NCBI GenBank assembly: GCA_037440565.1
Contig: JBBITY010000002.1
Location: 1,663 to 26,103, forward strand
Source: Desulfurellales bacterium
GTDB lineage: Bacteria; Desulfobacterota; Binatia; HRBIN30; CADEER01
Reading direction: 5' to 3'
DNA length: 24,441 nt
Numbering within the stretch: position 1 is the first letter of the stretch; each line of letters begins with the position of its first letter. The position numbers and the translations under genes were made by a program. This document shows, piece by piece, positions 1 through 9,222 of this stretch. The notes below the pieces were generated by a model. The model did not search any database. It worked only from the letters and a program-made list of their open reading frames with translations, and had not been told where the DNA came from.

Positions 1-1025
1 TCGGCCAGCATAGAAGGGTCGGCAAAACGATGCCCGAGGGCGTCGGCCAAGGCGCATGGGTCCTCCGGCGGCACCAACAGCCCCGTCTGGCCATCGATCA
101 CCGTTTTCCGGAGGCCTCCGACCGCCGTCGCGACCACGGGCCGAGCGGCCGCCATGGCCTCGAGTGCCGCGACGCCCAATCCCTCTTCCCGAGACGAGGT
201 GACGAACACATCGCAGGCCGCAAGGAGGTCGGCTATGTCGCGGCGCTGGCCGAGGAAGCGCACCTGTTCTCGCAGCCCCAGCCGACTCACCTGCGCTTCG
301 AGGGCGGACCGTTCCGGGCCACTCCCCCCAATCCAGAGCAAGGGGCGGATGTTTTGCCGACCGAGCAGGCTCAACGCATCCAACAAGAGATCCAGTCCTT
401 TGCCGTGCACGAGCGCCGCCAAGGCGAGCAACACCTGGTCGTGAGGCCCGGCGCCGAGGAGCGCCCGCACCGTTGCCCGGTCGGCCGCCGGCCGCAACGC
501 CGCCGGGTCGACCGCACTTGAAATGACGCGAATTCGTTCCGGCGCCACATGGCCGGCAGCCAAGGCGTCCGCCACCGCTGGCGAGATGGCGACGACGCGC
601 TCGACGAGCACGCCAAACATCAGGCGGGCGCGCCAGCCAGGCGTGACGCGACGGTCCATGCGGCGCGTGGCGACAGCGGGTAGACCGGCGACCCGTGCCG
701 CCAGCCCTCCGAGCCACGTGGCGCGCCCCGTGTGCAAATGCACCACATCGGCACGGGACTCACGAAGGACCCGCACCAGCGCAGGAACGGCCGCAAAATC
801 GAGATGATTGCGCATGCGGATCGTCACCGAGTCGATCCCCCGCCGCGCCGCCTCCTCTGCGCAGCCGCTTTTCGGCCGGCAAACGAGCACTACCCGATCG
901 CCGCGCGCGCGCAGCCCTTCGAGGAGCAGAAACACCTGCACCTCGCCGCCGCGGAAACCGACCTCCGTATCGACATGCACCGTACACAGCGGGCTCGTCT
1001 CCCGCGGTGGTCCGACTCCGGTCAT
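1..1025 (-). CDS. Glycosyltransferase family 4 (GT-B), probably LPS core; 3' end truncated by window edge
   Basis: Not in the ORF track. I translated it by hand from ATG at 1025: MTGVGPPRETSPLCTVHVDTEVGFRGGEVQV...VVHLHTGRA...HGKGLDLLLDAL...VRFLGQRRDIADLLAACDVFVTSSREEGLGVAALEAMAAARPVVATAVGG...DGQTGLLVPPED. It carries the E-x7-E GT4 signature and stays open to base 1. The ATG overlaps the upstream stop (TGATG). Confidence 0.92.
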   Translation of the reverse strand, partial: MTGVGPPRETSPLCTVHVDTEVGFRGGEVQVFLLLEGLRARGDRVVLVCRPKSGCAEEAARRGIDSVTIRMRNHLDFAAVPALVRVLRESRADVVHLHTGRATWLGGLAARVAGLPAVATRRMDRRVTPGWRARLMFGVLVERVVAISPAVADALAAGHVAPERIRVISSAVDPAALRPAADRATVRALLGAGPHDQVLLALAALVHGKGLDLLLDALSLLGRQNIRPLLWIGGSGPERSALEAQVSRLGLREQVRFLGQRRDIADLLAACDVFVTSSREEGLGVAALEAMAAARPVVATAVGGLRKTVIDGQTGLLVPPEDPCALADALGHRFADPSMLA

Positions 1026-1765
1026 CAGGACCCGTCTGGATCGGCAATGTGGTGCAGCGCCTCGACGCATCCCAGCGTGATGATTTCCGACGTCGGATCG
1101 AGGCGCCGGATGGAGCGGCAGATACGCTTGAACGCCGCCTGCCGCTGCCGCGCCGATACCGGTCCGAGGCGGACGCGGTCGAAGTCGATGATCAGCACCT
1201 CGCGTCCGGCCGGACCCCGCCGCACCAAGTAGTTCTGCAAGTTCAGATCGGGATGGACGGCGCCGGCGTCGTGCAAGCGGCGGGTCGCCTGTGCCGCGTC
1301 GGCACACACGCGCGCCCGCTCCGCGCGATCGACCTCGCGCAAGTACTGCCACAGGTTCACCGCCAGGGGCAGCTCACGACTGACCAGCGCGCCGCGGTAG
1401 CAGCCCGGCGCCAGCCAGTACGCTGCAGCCGCCAGCACCTCCAAGGTCGGTACTCCTCGGCGGCGCAGCTCCTCCGTGACCAGCAGCTCGCGCACCGGGC
1501 GCGGCCGCACGCCGCAAAAGGCATCCCGGACGAATCGACGGACCAAGCCGCCGCGCCGGTAGGGTCGCAGCACCACGGCCAGCTCCGCCCCGAGATGATA
1601 GACGCCTGCCGCGCCCCGCCCACCCGCCAGCGGCCGCGGCGGGGGGAGCATCTCCGAGGCCCACTGGCGCAGCAGCGGCAGCAACGCGTCGCGCACGTCC
1701 CGGCGCACCACGACGCGCAGGCGCCCTTCGCCAACGAAGTCGAAGCCGGGCGGCAGGTTACGCAC
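1025..1765 (-). CDS. kdkA: Kdo kinase-like protein (KdkA/WaaP lipopolysaccharide kinase family)
   Basis: Motifs VLRPYRRGG, HPDLNLQNYLV (catalytic HxDLNxxN) and IIDFD. Start placed at GTG 1765 because the track's ATG 1966 lies inside the Trm112-like gene; the start is uncertain. Confidence 0.8.
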   Translation of the reverse strand: MRNLPPGFDFVGEGRLRVVVRRDVRDALLPLLRQWASEMLPPPRPLAGGRGAAGVYHLGAELAVVLRPYRRGGLVRRFVRDAFCGVRPRPVRELLVTEELRRRGVPTLEVLAAAAYWLAPGCYRGALVSRELPLAVNLWQYLREVDRAERARVCADAAQATRRLHDAGAVHPDLNLQNYLVRRGPAGREVLIIDFDRVRLGPVSARQRQAAFKRICRSIRRLDPTSEIITLGCVEALHHIADPDGS

Positions 1766-1794
1766 GGGGGAAAAAACGCCTCGTCCTTCCCATG

Positions 1795-1862
1795 CCCACA
1801 CCCATACCTGTTCCCGTACCCGGACCGTGCCTGCCTTGTCCGAGTGCGGGTAGGCGTACGGG
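1795..1862. repeat. Imperfect inverted repeat built from CCC(A/G)(T/C/G)A hexamers (REP-like hairpin)
   Basis: Left arm cccaca-cccata-cctgtt-cccgta-cccgga-c, 12-nt loop (1826-1837), right arm g-tccgag-tgcggg-taggcg-tacggg. Intergenic between Trm112-like and kdkA. Confidence 0.7.
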
Positions 1863-1871
1863 TACCGGCGG

Positions 1872-2045
1872 TTACGACTCCAGCCGAATCGCCTCGTCGA
1901 TGAGCATGACGGGGATATCGTCCTTGATCGGGTACAGGAGCTTACACGCGTCGCACACCAAGCCATCCTGCGTCTCGGTCAAGCGGACATCCCCTTTGCA
2001 TTTCGGGCAGGCCAAAATTTCCAGCAGCTCTTGACTGATCGCCAT
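1872..2045 (-). CDS. Trm112/YcaR-like zinc-ribbon protein, 57 aa
   Basis: MAISQELLEILACPKCKG...LVCDACKLLYPIKDDIPVMLIDEA. GGAGG SD upstream; TGATG overlap with the lpxK stop. lpxK-ycaR adjacency is well known. Confidence 0.95.
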   Translation of the reverse strand: MAISQELLEILACPKCKGDVRLTETQDGLVCDACKLLYPIKDDIPVMLIDEAIRLES

Positions 2046-3130
2046 CAGATTCTCCCTCCGACACGTGCGGACAGACCCGCTCGCCTCAGCACCGCCTCGA
2101 CCAACGCCTCTCCCGGGTCGACCCGTGGGACTATGCGTAGCGCAACCAGCTTGCCGGTTGCAAAGGGGAACGCCGCCAGCTTGACGAGATCCTTCTCCGT
2201 GGTCACGACGAGATCCGCCCGCTGGCTGCCGCGCGCGATGTGCTGCCAATCGGTGCGGCTGTAGCGATGGTGGTCCGGGAACTCGAACACCTCGCTGATT
2301 TCCGCCTCCCAACGGCGGAGGAGGGCGTAGAAACCCTCCGGGCGGGCGATGCCAACCACCGCGACCACGTGCTTTCCGGCCAGATCCGCCAATGGGCGTT
2401 CCTGCCATGTGCCGCCGACTGCCTCGACGAGGGCCGCCGGTTCGAGGCGCATGCGGCAGATCAGCTTATCCGTCGCCGCGCTCGGGACGTCGACCACAGC
2501 CGGCGTTTCGCTGTCCTCGATCAACACGACGGCATCGGCGCGGCGCAACGCGCCAGGGCGTTCACGCAGCGGCCCGGCTGGCAGCAGCGGCCCGCGCCGT
2601 CCGTCGACGAGCACGATATCGAACACCCGGGCGATGGCGCGGTGCTGGAATCCGTCGTCCAGCACGACCAGCTCGCAGCCCAAGTCCGCCATCGCCTGTG
2701 CTCCGGCGATCCGGCGGGGTGCAGTCACGACCGGACCGGGGAAGTTCTTCGCCAGCATGACCGCTTCATCGCCCACTTGTTCTGGGCCGACCTCCGGCCC
2801 GCCCCCGCGCGATACGATTGTCACGCCCGTAACCGTGCCGCCGTATCCGCGCGACAGGATGCCGACCCGCAACCCGCGCGCCGCCAGGGCGCGGCTCAGC
2901 CACAGGGTGAGCGGTGTCTTGCCCACCCCGCCGACGACCAGGTTGCCGACACTGACCACGGGCATTGGCGCACGGTGCGCGCGCAGCACCCCGACCCGGT
3001 AGGCAAGATTGCGCGCGCCGACCGCGACGCCGAAAAGCTCGCTCAGTGGACGCAGAACCATATAGCCGAGCCGGCCGGCCAGACCGCGCCGCAGCCACAC
3101 CGTCTCGCGCACGTGCGCCGCCACGCTCAC
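2045..3130 (-). CDS. lpxK: Tetraacyldisaccharide 4'-kinase
   Basis: VVSVGNLVVGGVGKTP (P-loop), LSRGYGG, VGDEA, LDDGFQHR, LLPAGPLRE, FPDHHRY, TTEKD. GTG 3130 overlaps the waaA stop (GTGA). Confidence 0.95.
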   Translation of the reverse strand: MSVAAHVRETVWLRRGLAGRLGYMVLRPLSELFGVAVGARNLAYRVGVLRAHRAPMPVVSVGNLVVGGVGKTPLTLWLSRALAARGLRVGILSRGYGGTVTGVTIVSRGGGPEVGPEQVGDEAVMLAKNFPGPVVTAPRRIAGAQAMADLGCELVVLDDGFQHRAIARVFDIVLVDGRRGPLLPAGPLRERPGALRRADAVVLIEDSETPAVVDVPSAATDKLICRMRLEPAALVEAVGGTWQERPLADLAGKHVVAVVGIARPEGFYALLRRWEAEISEVFEFPDHHRYSRTDWQHIARGSQRADLVVTTEKDLVKLAAFPFATGKLVALRIVPRVDPGEALVEAVLRRAGLSARVGGRI

Positions 3131-4551
3131 GGGCTCGCTCCCACATAGGGGGCCAGCAAATTCCACGTCTGTTCGAGCGCATCGGCCCACGCGTCCGCCA
3201 CCGCTCGGGCGCGCGCCCCCATCGCCTCCGCTCGCTCGGGATCCAGCAGCAGCCGGCGCCACACGGCCGCGAGATCCGCTGGTTCCCGCACCAACGCGCC
3301 GCCCCCCTGCTCGATCAGCGCGCGGGCTGCGTCGGCGACGTTCTCCGTATTCGGACCGAAGGCCACCGGTTTTCCATAGACCGCGGGTTCCAGCACGTTG
3401 TGCCCCCCGAGGGGGGCGACGGTGCCCCCGACGAAGACGGCACGGGCAAACGGCAGGAACTGCGTCAGCTCGCCGACCGTATCGAGTAGGACCACCTGCG
3501 TCTCACCGTCCACGTTCGCCTCCCTGGCGCTGCGCCGCTGATAGCGCACGCCGGCCCGTCGCACCACTTGCTCGACGGCACTGAAGCGCTCCGGCCGCCG
3601 GGGCGCCAACAGGAGGAGGATATCAGGGCACAAACCCCAGAGATCGCCACACGCTCCCAGAACGAACTCCTCTTCACCCGGCTGCGTGCTGGCGGCAACG
3701 AGCAAGGGCCGGCCCGTCAGTCCATTCAAGGGCGCGGTCGCAGGTGCGGCTGGCGGCCGGCGGCTGGCCTTGAGACTCCCGGTCACGCGGACGCGCTCGG
3801 CCGGTGCGCCCAGCGCCATGATTCGCTCGGCATCGGCGGGTGTCTGCATGCCGAAGGCCGCCACCGACTGCACGGCGGCGCGGAACAAGGGCCGCGCCCA
3901 GCCGTAGCGGCGCAGCGAGCGCTCGGACAGCCGCCCGCTGACCACTACGACCGGGGCCTCGACGCGGCGCGCCGCGCGCAGCAACCCCGGCCAGAGCTCG
4001 GTTTCGACCAGGACGAGGCCGCGGGGGCGGACGCGGCGGAAGGCGCGGTCGACGATTCTGGCGGCGTCAATCGGCAGTAACGTCACGGCGTCGAGGGATA
4101 GTTCCCGCTCCGCAACGATCCGGCCGGTCAGCGTCGTGGTCGACATCACCAGTGGCAGTGCGGGGCAGCGGCGGCGCAGCGCCCCCACCAGCGGCGCTGC
4201 CGCCCGCGTCTCACCAACCGACGCGGCGTGAATCCACAGCGGCGCCGGTAGCGCCCGCAGCGCATCGGGCAGGCGGCCGAGCCGCTCGCACACGCCGCGG
4301 CCATGGCGGCTGGCCAACACAAAGGGCAGCGCAGGGGTGCAGAGCACGGCCGCGAGTGCGCCCACCACGTCGTAAGCCGCGTACGCCAGGCGCCCGGTCG
4401 CGTCTGGCTTAGAGCCTATCCCAGAACCGCTCCCGTCGGCCCTCGCGCCATCTCGGGGCTGCGAGCAGGGTGCTCGCTCGGGCCGCATCGACGTAGCCCT
4501 CCAGCTATGCCTGCGGCGTCCCTCGCTGTGCTTCCCGCGCTCGCCTCCCAT
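3127..4551 (-). CDS. waaA: Kdo transferase
   Basis: WIHAASVGE, ETELWPG, SGRLSERS, TGSLK, AASTQPGEE, APRRPERF, DTVGEL, FVGGT..PLGGHNVLEPA. ATG 4551 has a GAGGAG SD; ATG 4488 is an alternative start. Confidence 0.95.
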   Translation of the reverse strand: MGGERGKHSEGRRRHSWRATSMRPERAPCSQPRDGARADGSGSGIGSKPDATGRLAYAAYDVVGALAAVLCTPALPFVLASRHGRGVCERLGRLPDALRALPAPLWIHAASVGETRAAAPLVGALRRRCPALPLVMSTTTLTGRIVAERELSLDAVTLLPIDAARIVDRAFRRVRPRGLVLVETELWPGLLRAARRVEAPVVVVSGRLSERSLRRYGWARPLFRAAVQSVAAFGMQTPADAERIMALGAPAERVRVTGSLKASRRPPAAPATAPLNGLTGRPLLVAASTQPGEEEFVLGACGDLWGLCPDILLLLAPRRPERFSAVEQVVRRAGVRYQRRSAREANVDGETQVVLLDTVGELTQFLPFARAVFVGGTVAPLGGHNVLEPAVYGKPVAFGPNTENVADAARALIEQGGGALVREPADLAAVWRRLLLDPERAEAMGARARAVADAWADALEQTWNLLAPYVGASP

Positions 4552-4591
4552 CTGACACGAACTCCTCGGTCCGGGGTTCTGGGATAGGCTC

Positions 4592-5311
4592 TTAAGCGGC
4601 GAGGCGGGTTTCGGCGGCACGGGTCAGTTCGTTGAGGCAGCGCTCGAGCTGGAGGCGGTGCGCTTCCATCTGCTCCGCCGCTGCCGCTCGTGGAACGCGC
4701 ACGGGCTCTCCGACGACAATCGTCACCCGTGAGAACGGCAGCGGAATGATCAATCGATCCCAACTGCGCAATCGAACGGCGCGGCTCGCCGCGTACGTGA
4801 CCGGGAAGATCGGTGCTCCGGTGGTCCTGGCGAGATGAATCACGCCCGGCTTCGCCACACAGCACGGACCGCGCGGGCCGTCCGGAACCACCGCCAGGCT
4901 ATAGCCCTGCCGGTAGGCGTTGACGAGCCGCTGGAATCCGCCCACCGCGCCGCGGGTCGCCGAACCCCGCACGGCGTGAATCCCCCAATGCGACAACGCG
5001 CGTGTGGCAATCTCCCCATCGCGGTGGTGACTCACCAGGACGCAGATGCGCGCCCCGTTGGCAGCAAGCGGCATCATCAGCAACCGGTTGTGCCAGAACG
5101 CGATGATCACCTGTTCGCCCCGGGCCCAGGTGCCGGACAACTCGTCGAAATTGACGAGCGCGATGCGCAAGGTCCGCCCGAGAACCCGCAAAACAATACT
5201 GATCACCGCCGGGCCGACTGCCGTAAGGAAACGGAGGAGCAGTGCCCTGCGGCCCCACCGGCGCCGGCGCGCCGGACGGCGGTCGGGCCCTGATCTAGGC
5301 GAACGTGTCAT
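4592..5311 (-). CDS. DUF374 lysophospholipid acyltransferase family (LpxJ-like late lipid A acyltransferase)
   Basis: AFWHNRL, VSHHRDGE, VRGSATRG, PDGPRGP, SWDRLIIPLPFS; sits between msbA and waaA. Confidence 0.85.
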   Translation of the reverse strand: MTRSPRSGPDRRPARRRRWGRRALLLRFLTAVGPAVISIVLRVLGRTLRIALVNFDELSGTWARGEQVIIAFWHNRLLMMPLAANGARICVLVSHHRDGEIATRALSHWGIHAVRGSATRGAVGGFQRLVNAYRQGYSLAVVPDGPRGPCCVAKPGVIHLARTTGAPIFPVTYAASRAVRLRSWDRLIIPLPFSRVTIVVGEPVRVPRAAAAEQMEAHRLQLERCLNELTRAAETRLAA

Positions 5312-5358
5312 CCGGATTTCGTATCGCGCCGCGGACTCTCGTACCCCGCCGCGTCGAG

Positions 5359-5410
5359 CCCTCTCCCCTTTGCAACCCTCACCCCGTGGCCCCTCGAACC
5401 CTCGACCCCC
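5359..5410 (-). repeat. Array of seven G-runs (3-5 G) on the coding strand; putative G-quadruplex or short tandem repeat
   Basis: Plus-strand C-runs start at 5359, 5365, 5376, 5382, 5390, 5399 and 5406 with loops of 3, 7, 3, 4, 5 and 4 nt; units such as ccctcgaa / ccctcgac. Confidence 0.6.
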
Positions 5411-5411
5411 A

Positions 5412-7163
5412 TCAGTGGAGCGCCGGCTGCGCGGTCGGGTCGGCGAACTGCAGGTCGTGCAGCTTGCGGTACTCGGCGTTGAGCGCGAGTAGCTCCTCGT
5501 GTGTGCCCTCTTCGACGATCTGGCCGCGTGTGAGCACGACGATGCGGTCGGCGGAGCGGATGGTCGACAGGCGATGCGCGATGACCAGCGTCGTGCGCCC
5601 CTGCATCAGAGTCTCGAGCGCCTGCTGAACCAGGCGTTCGGACTCGTTGTCGAGCGCCGAGGTTGCCTCGTCCAACACCAGGATCGGCGCGTTCTTGAGC
5701 AGGGCGCGGGCGATGGCGATCCGCTGGCGCTGTCCGCCGGACAAGCGCAGGCCCAGCTCGCCGATCACGGTGTCATACCCCTGCGGCAACTCCATGATGA
5801 AATCGTGTGCGTGCGCCGCCTTCGCCGCCGCGACGATCGCATCCATGTCCTGGTCGATCGATCCGTACGCAATGTTGTTCTTCACCGTGTCGTTGAAGAG
5901 AAACGTGTGCTGGGTGACCAGGGCGATGTGTGCGCGCAAACTCGCCAGCGTGAAGTCGCGAATATCAACGCCGTCGATGCGAACGGAACCGGCCGTCACG
6001 TCGTAGAAACGCAGAACCAGATCGGCCAACGTGCTCTTGCCCCCCCCGCTCGGACCCACCAGCGCCACCACCTCGCCGCAGCGAATGGTGAGGTGAACGT
6101 CCTGCAGCACCATCTCGCTGCCGTACGTGAAACTGACCCCGACGAGCTCGAGGCCGTGGCGCACGCCGTTCAGCGCCCGGGCGTGCGGCCGGTCCTGCAC
6201 CTCTGGCACCGCATCCAGCACCTCGAAGACGCGGTCCGCTGCCGCCAACCCTTGCTGGAGCGTCGTATTGGCCTTTCCGAGCGACTTGAACGGGTCGTAC
6301 AAGAGAAAGAGCGCCGTCAGGAAGGCGAGAAACGCGCCCTGGGTGCGCCCACCGGTGATGACGCTGTGGCCTCCGTACCAAACGACTCCCGCAATGCCGA
6401 ATGCGGCCAGAATCTCCAGCATCGGTGTCGTAAACGCGCGAATGCGCACCACCTTCATGGCGAGGCGGAAGAGCGCCTCGCTTTCCTCGGCGAAGCGCCG
6501 CTTCTCGTAGTTTTCCATCCCAAAAGCCTTCACGACACGGTTGCCCTGCACCGTTTCTTGCAGCAGCGCGGTCAGTTTCCCCAGCGATGTCTGACGCTTG
6601 CGCGCGAAGCGCCGCAGCTTCTTCGACATCCGGATAATCGGCAGGATCGACGCCGGAAAGACCACGAAGGCGATGAGGGACAACAACCAGTCGTGCCAGA
6701 AGGCCACAACCACCAGGACCACGAGCGAGACGCTATCCCGGAGAACCGACGCCACGGTATCGGTCAACGCATTGCCGATGACGAAGACGTCGTTCGAGAC
6801 GCGCGACAGAATTGCTCCGGTCGATTGCCGGTTGAAGAACGACAGGGAGAGATGCTGGATGTGCTCGTTGAGTTGATTGCGCAGGTCGGTGATGATGCGG
6901 TTGCCGACGTAGTCGCTGAGATAGGTGCTGCCGAACTGCAGCACGCCGCGAATGACGAATGTGCCGAGAATCACGCCCGGCAGCAGGCCGAGCATGACGG
7001 CGTTCTTGTTGGTGAAGATGTCATCGAAAATCGCGCGGACGAGGAACGGCATGACGCCGTTGGTCGCGCTGAACAGCACCATGCAAATCATGGCGCCGAC
7101 AAAGTACGGCCAGAAGTACGGTCGCAGGTACGCGAGGACGCGCCGCACGTGTCGGGTGCTCAT
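5412..7163 (-). CDS. msbA: Lipid A-core flippase, ABC exporter
   Basis: N-terminal TM domain, Walker A GPSGGGKST, signature LSGGQRQR, Walker B LDEATSALD, IAHRLST. ATGA overlap with lpxB. Confidence 0.95.
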   Translation of the reverse strand: MSTRHVRRVLAYLRPYFWPYFVGAMICMVLFSATNGVMPFLVRAIFDDIFTNKNAVMLGLLPGVILGTFVIRGVLQFGSTYLSDYVGNRIITDLRNQLNEHIQHLSLSFFNRQSTGAILSRVSNDVFVIGNALTDTVASVLRDSVSLVVLVVVAFWHDWLLSLIAFVVFPASILPIIRMSKKLRRFARKRQTSLGKLTALLQETVQGNRVVKAFGMENYEKRRFAEESEALFRLAMKVVRIRAFTTPMLEILAAFGIAGVVWYGGHSVITGGRTQGAFLAFLTALFLLYDPFKSLGKANTTLQQGLAAADRVFEVLDAVPEVQDRPHARALNGVRHGLELVGVSFTYGSEMVLQDVHLTIRCGEVVALVGPSGGGKSTLADLVLRFYDVTAGSVRIDGVDIRDFTLASLRAHIALVTQHTFLFNDTVKNNIAYGSIDQDMDAIVAAAKAAHAHDFIMELPQGYDTVIGELGLRLSGGQRQRIAIARALLKNAPILVLDEATSALDNESERLVQQALETLMQGRTTLVIAHRLSTIRSADRIVVLTRGQIVEEGTHEELLALNAEYRKLHDLQFADPTAQPALH

Positions 7164-8284
7164 CGCACCAGCTCCAGTGCCAGGTCGGCAGCGCGCTCTG
7201 CGGCCCCCGGATCACCGAGGCTGGCGCGCAGGGCGGTCAGGGCGTCGGCCAGCTCCGCCCGCCGTTCGAGGAGGCTGCGGACAGCCGCCGCCATGGCCCC
7301 GGGGGTCGCCGCCGCCTGGATGAGCTCGGGAAAGACCGATCGCCTGAGAATGATGTTCGGCATGCCGATCCAGTCCACCTGGACCAGCCGGCGCGCCAGC
7401 CAGTATGTGAGCGGAGACATGCGGTAGACAATCACCATCGGGCAGCCCAGCAGTGCCGTTTCCAGCGTCGCCGTTCCCGACGCGACAATCGCGGCATCCG
7501 CCGCCGCGACCAGATTATACGTATCGTCGCTGACGAGCGGAAATCCCGGCACCTGGCCGTTCAGCGCCTTGGCGGCGTCGGCCGGATCGAGCCCGGGCGC
7601 GAGCGCCAGCACGGCTTGCCAGCCCTCCGCTGCCAGCAGCGCGGCGGCGGCTCCCATCGGCGGGAGCAAGTACCGCACCTCTTTTTTGCGGCTCCCCGGC
7701 AGCAGGGCGAGCAATGGCCGGCCGCAATCCAAGCCGTAGCGCCGCCGCGTCTCGTCGCGCGAGCACGTGGCGCGCACCACGTCGAGCAGCGGGTGCCCGA
7801 TGAACGTCGCCAACTCGCGGCCGTCATTGTACAGCGCCGGCTCGAACGGCAGGACGAGCCCCATGCGGTCCACCCGACGGCGAATCTTGCGCACGCGCCC
7901 GCGGCGCCATGCCCACACCTGCGGCCCGATGAAATAGAAGACCCGGATACCGCGCCGTTTCGCCTGCCGCGCCAGCAGCAGATTGAACTCCGGGTAGTCG
8001 ATCAACACCACGAGATCGGGGCGCTGCTCGTCGAGGAAACGCACCAGTCGCCAGTAGAGCCGGACCAGCCGGCCGATGGTGCCGAAGGTCTCGGTGAATC
8101 CCATCGTGGCAACGCTGGCGGCGTCGACGAGGATGCGCATGCCAGCGGCGCGCAACTGCTGGCCCCCTACCCCCCACACCTCGATGGCGGGCACACGGCG
8201 TTGCAGGGCGCGGACCAAGGCCGCACCGTGCAAGTCGCCGGACGCTTCACCGGCCACCAGGAGCACGCGTAGCGGTGCGCTCAT
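7160..8284 (-). CDS. lpxB: Lipid A disaccharide synthase
   Basis: VAGEASGDLHG, IDYPEFN, PQVWAWR, GHPL, LLPGSR, SGTATLE. Confidence 0.97.
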   Translation of the reverse strand: MSAPLRVLLVAGEASGDLHGAALVRALQRRVPAIEVWGVGGQQLRAAGMRILVDAASVATMGFTETFGTIGRLVRLYWRLVRFLDEQRPDLVVLIDYPEFNLLLARQAKRRGIRVFYFIGPQVWAWRRGRVRKIRRRVDRMGLVLPFEPALYNDGRELATFIGHPLLDVVRATCSRDETRRRYGLDCGRPLLALLPGSRKKEVRYLLPPMGAAAALLAAEGWQAVLALAPGLDPADAAKALNGQVPGFPLVSDDTYNLVAAADAAIVASGTATLETALLGCPMVIVYRMSPLTYWLARRLVQVDWIGMPNIILRRSVFPELIQAAATPGAMAAAVRSLLERRAELADALTALRASLGDPGAAERAADLALELVR

Positions 8285-9222
8285 GCCGTCTCCAGCGCGC
8301 CCCGGATTTGCTCGGCCACCTCGAGCGCGCGGACCGCGGCGGTCCCGTCAACCAACGGGCGCTCACGCACACGCACGGCACGAACGAAGGCCTCGATCTC
8401 GTCGAACAGTGGGTCCGCATCGCCAAAGCGGTGCTCCGCGACGTCGATCGTCGGCAACCCACCGCCCACTGCCGGCAGGCGGCGGCAGATGCGCACCGTC
8501 TTCTCCCCGTAGTCCACCGACACGTAGGTATCGGCCTGAAAGAAGCGGATCTTGCGCTCGCGCTTGCGCGCCACGCGACTCGCCGTCACGTTCGCGATGG
8601 CGCCGCTGGCAAAGCGCAACCGCGCGTTGGCGATGTCGACCGTCTCGGACAGGACCGGCACGCCGACGGCTTCCACCCGCTCAACCGGCGCGTCCACCAC
8701 GCTGAGGATGACGTCGAGGTCGTGGATCATCAGATCGAGAATCACATCGACCTCGGTGCCCCGCTCGACGAAGGGCGCCAGGCGGTGGCACTCGATGAAG
8801 CGGGGCCGGGTGAGGATGCCGGCCAGCGAGCGAATGGCGGGGTTGAAACGCTCCAGGTGTCCGACCTGAAGAATCCGCCCGTGAGCGGCGGCCAGCGCGG
8901 CCAATTGCCGTCCCTGCGCCGCCGTCTCGGTCATGGGTTTCTCGACCAGGACATCGATGTCGTGTTCGAGCAGATCCGCAGCCAGGGGAAAGTGGGCCGG
9001 CGTCGGGACGGCCAGACTCACGCAGTCGACCCGCCCGAACAGTTCGCGGTAGTCGGTGAAATGGTGCGTCCCGAGGCGGCGGCCCACCGCCGCGGCGCGT
9101 GTGGCGTCAGCATCCACCACGCCGGCGAGCTCGACGCCTTCGAGGTTCGCGTACTTCTCGGCGTGAAAGGTCCCGAGGTAGCCGACGCCGATCACGGCCG
9201 CGCGGATACGCTCACGGTTCAT
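8281..9222 (-). CDS. Gfo/Idh/MocA NAD-dependent oxidoreductase, GnnA-like (UDP-GlcNAc 3-dehydrogenase candidate)
   Basis: VIGVGYLG Rossmann motif, LVEKP, VGHLERFNP, DLMIHDLD, ASRV. It lies between lpxA/lpxI and lpxB, the known gnnA position. Confidence 0.85.
   Translation of the reverse strand: MNRERIRAAVIGVGYLGTFHAEKYANLEGVELAGVVDADATRAAAVGRRLGTHHFTDYRELFGRVDCVSLAVPTPAHFPLAADLLEHDIDVLVEKPMTETAAQGRQLAALAAAHGRILQVGHLERFNPAIRSLAGILTRPRFIECHRLAPFVERGTEVDVILDLMIHDLDVILSVVDAPVERVEAVGVPVLSETVDIANARLRFASGAIANVTASRVARKRERKIRFFQADTYVSVDYGEKTVRICRRLPAVGGGLPTIDVAEHRFGDADPLFDEIEAFVRAVRVRERPLVDGTAAVRALEVAEQIRGALETA

Noticed and set aside
1-1025. Possible frameshift in the GT4 near GGLRKTV
   Set aside because: Manual translation is continuous and in frame across the whole segment.
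30-1903. Plus-strand ORFs over the left end (30-521, 695-1903, etc.)
   Set aside because: The real genes are the minus-strand GT4 (missing from the track because it is truncated) and kdkA.
5499-7427. 642-aa plus-strand ORF
   Set aside because: Antisense shadow of msbA; the familiar mirror text of ABC-transporter genes.
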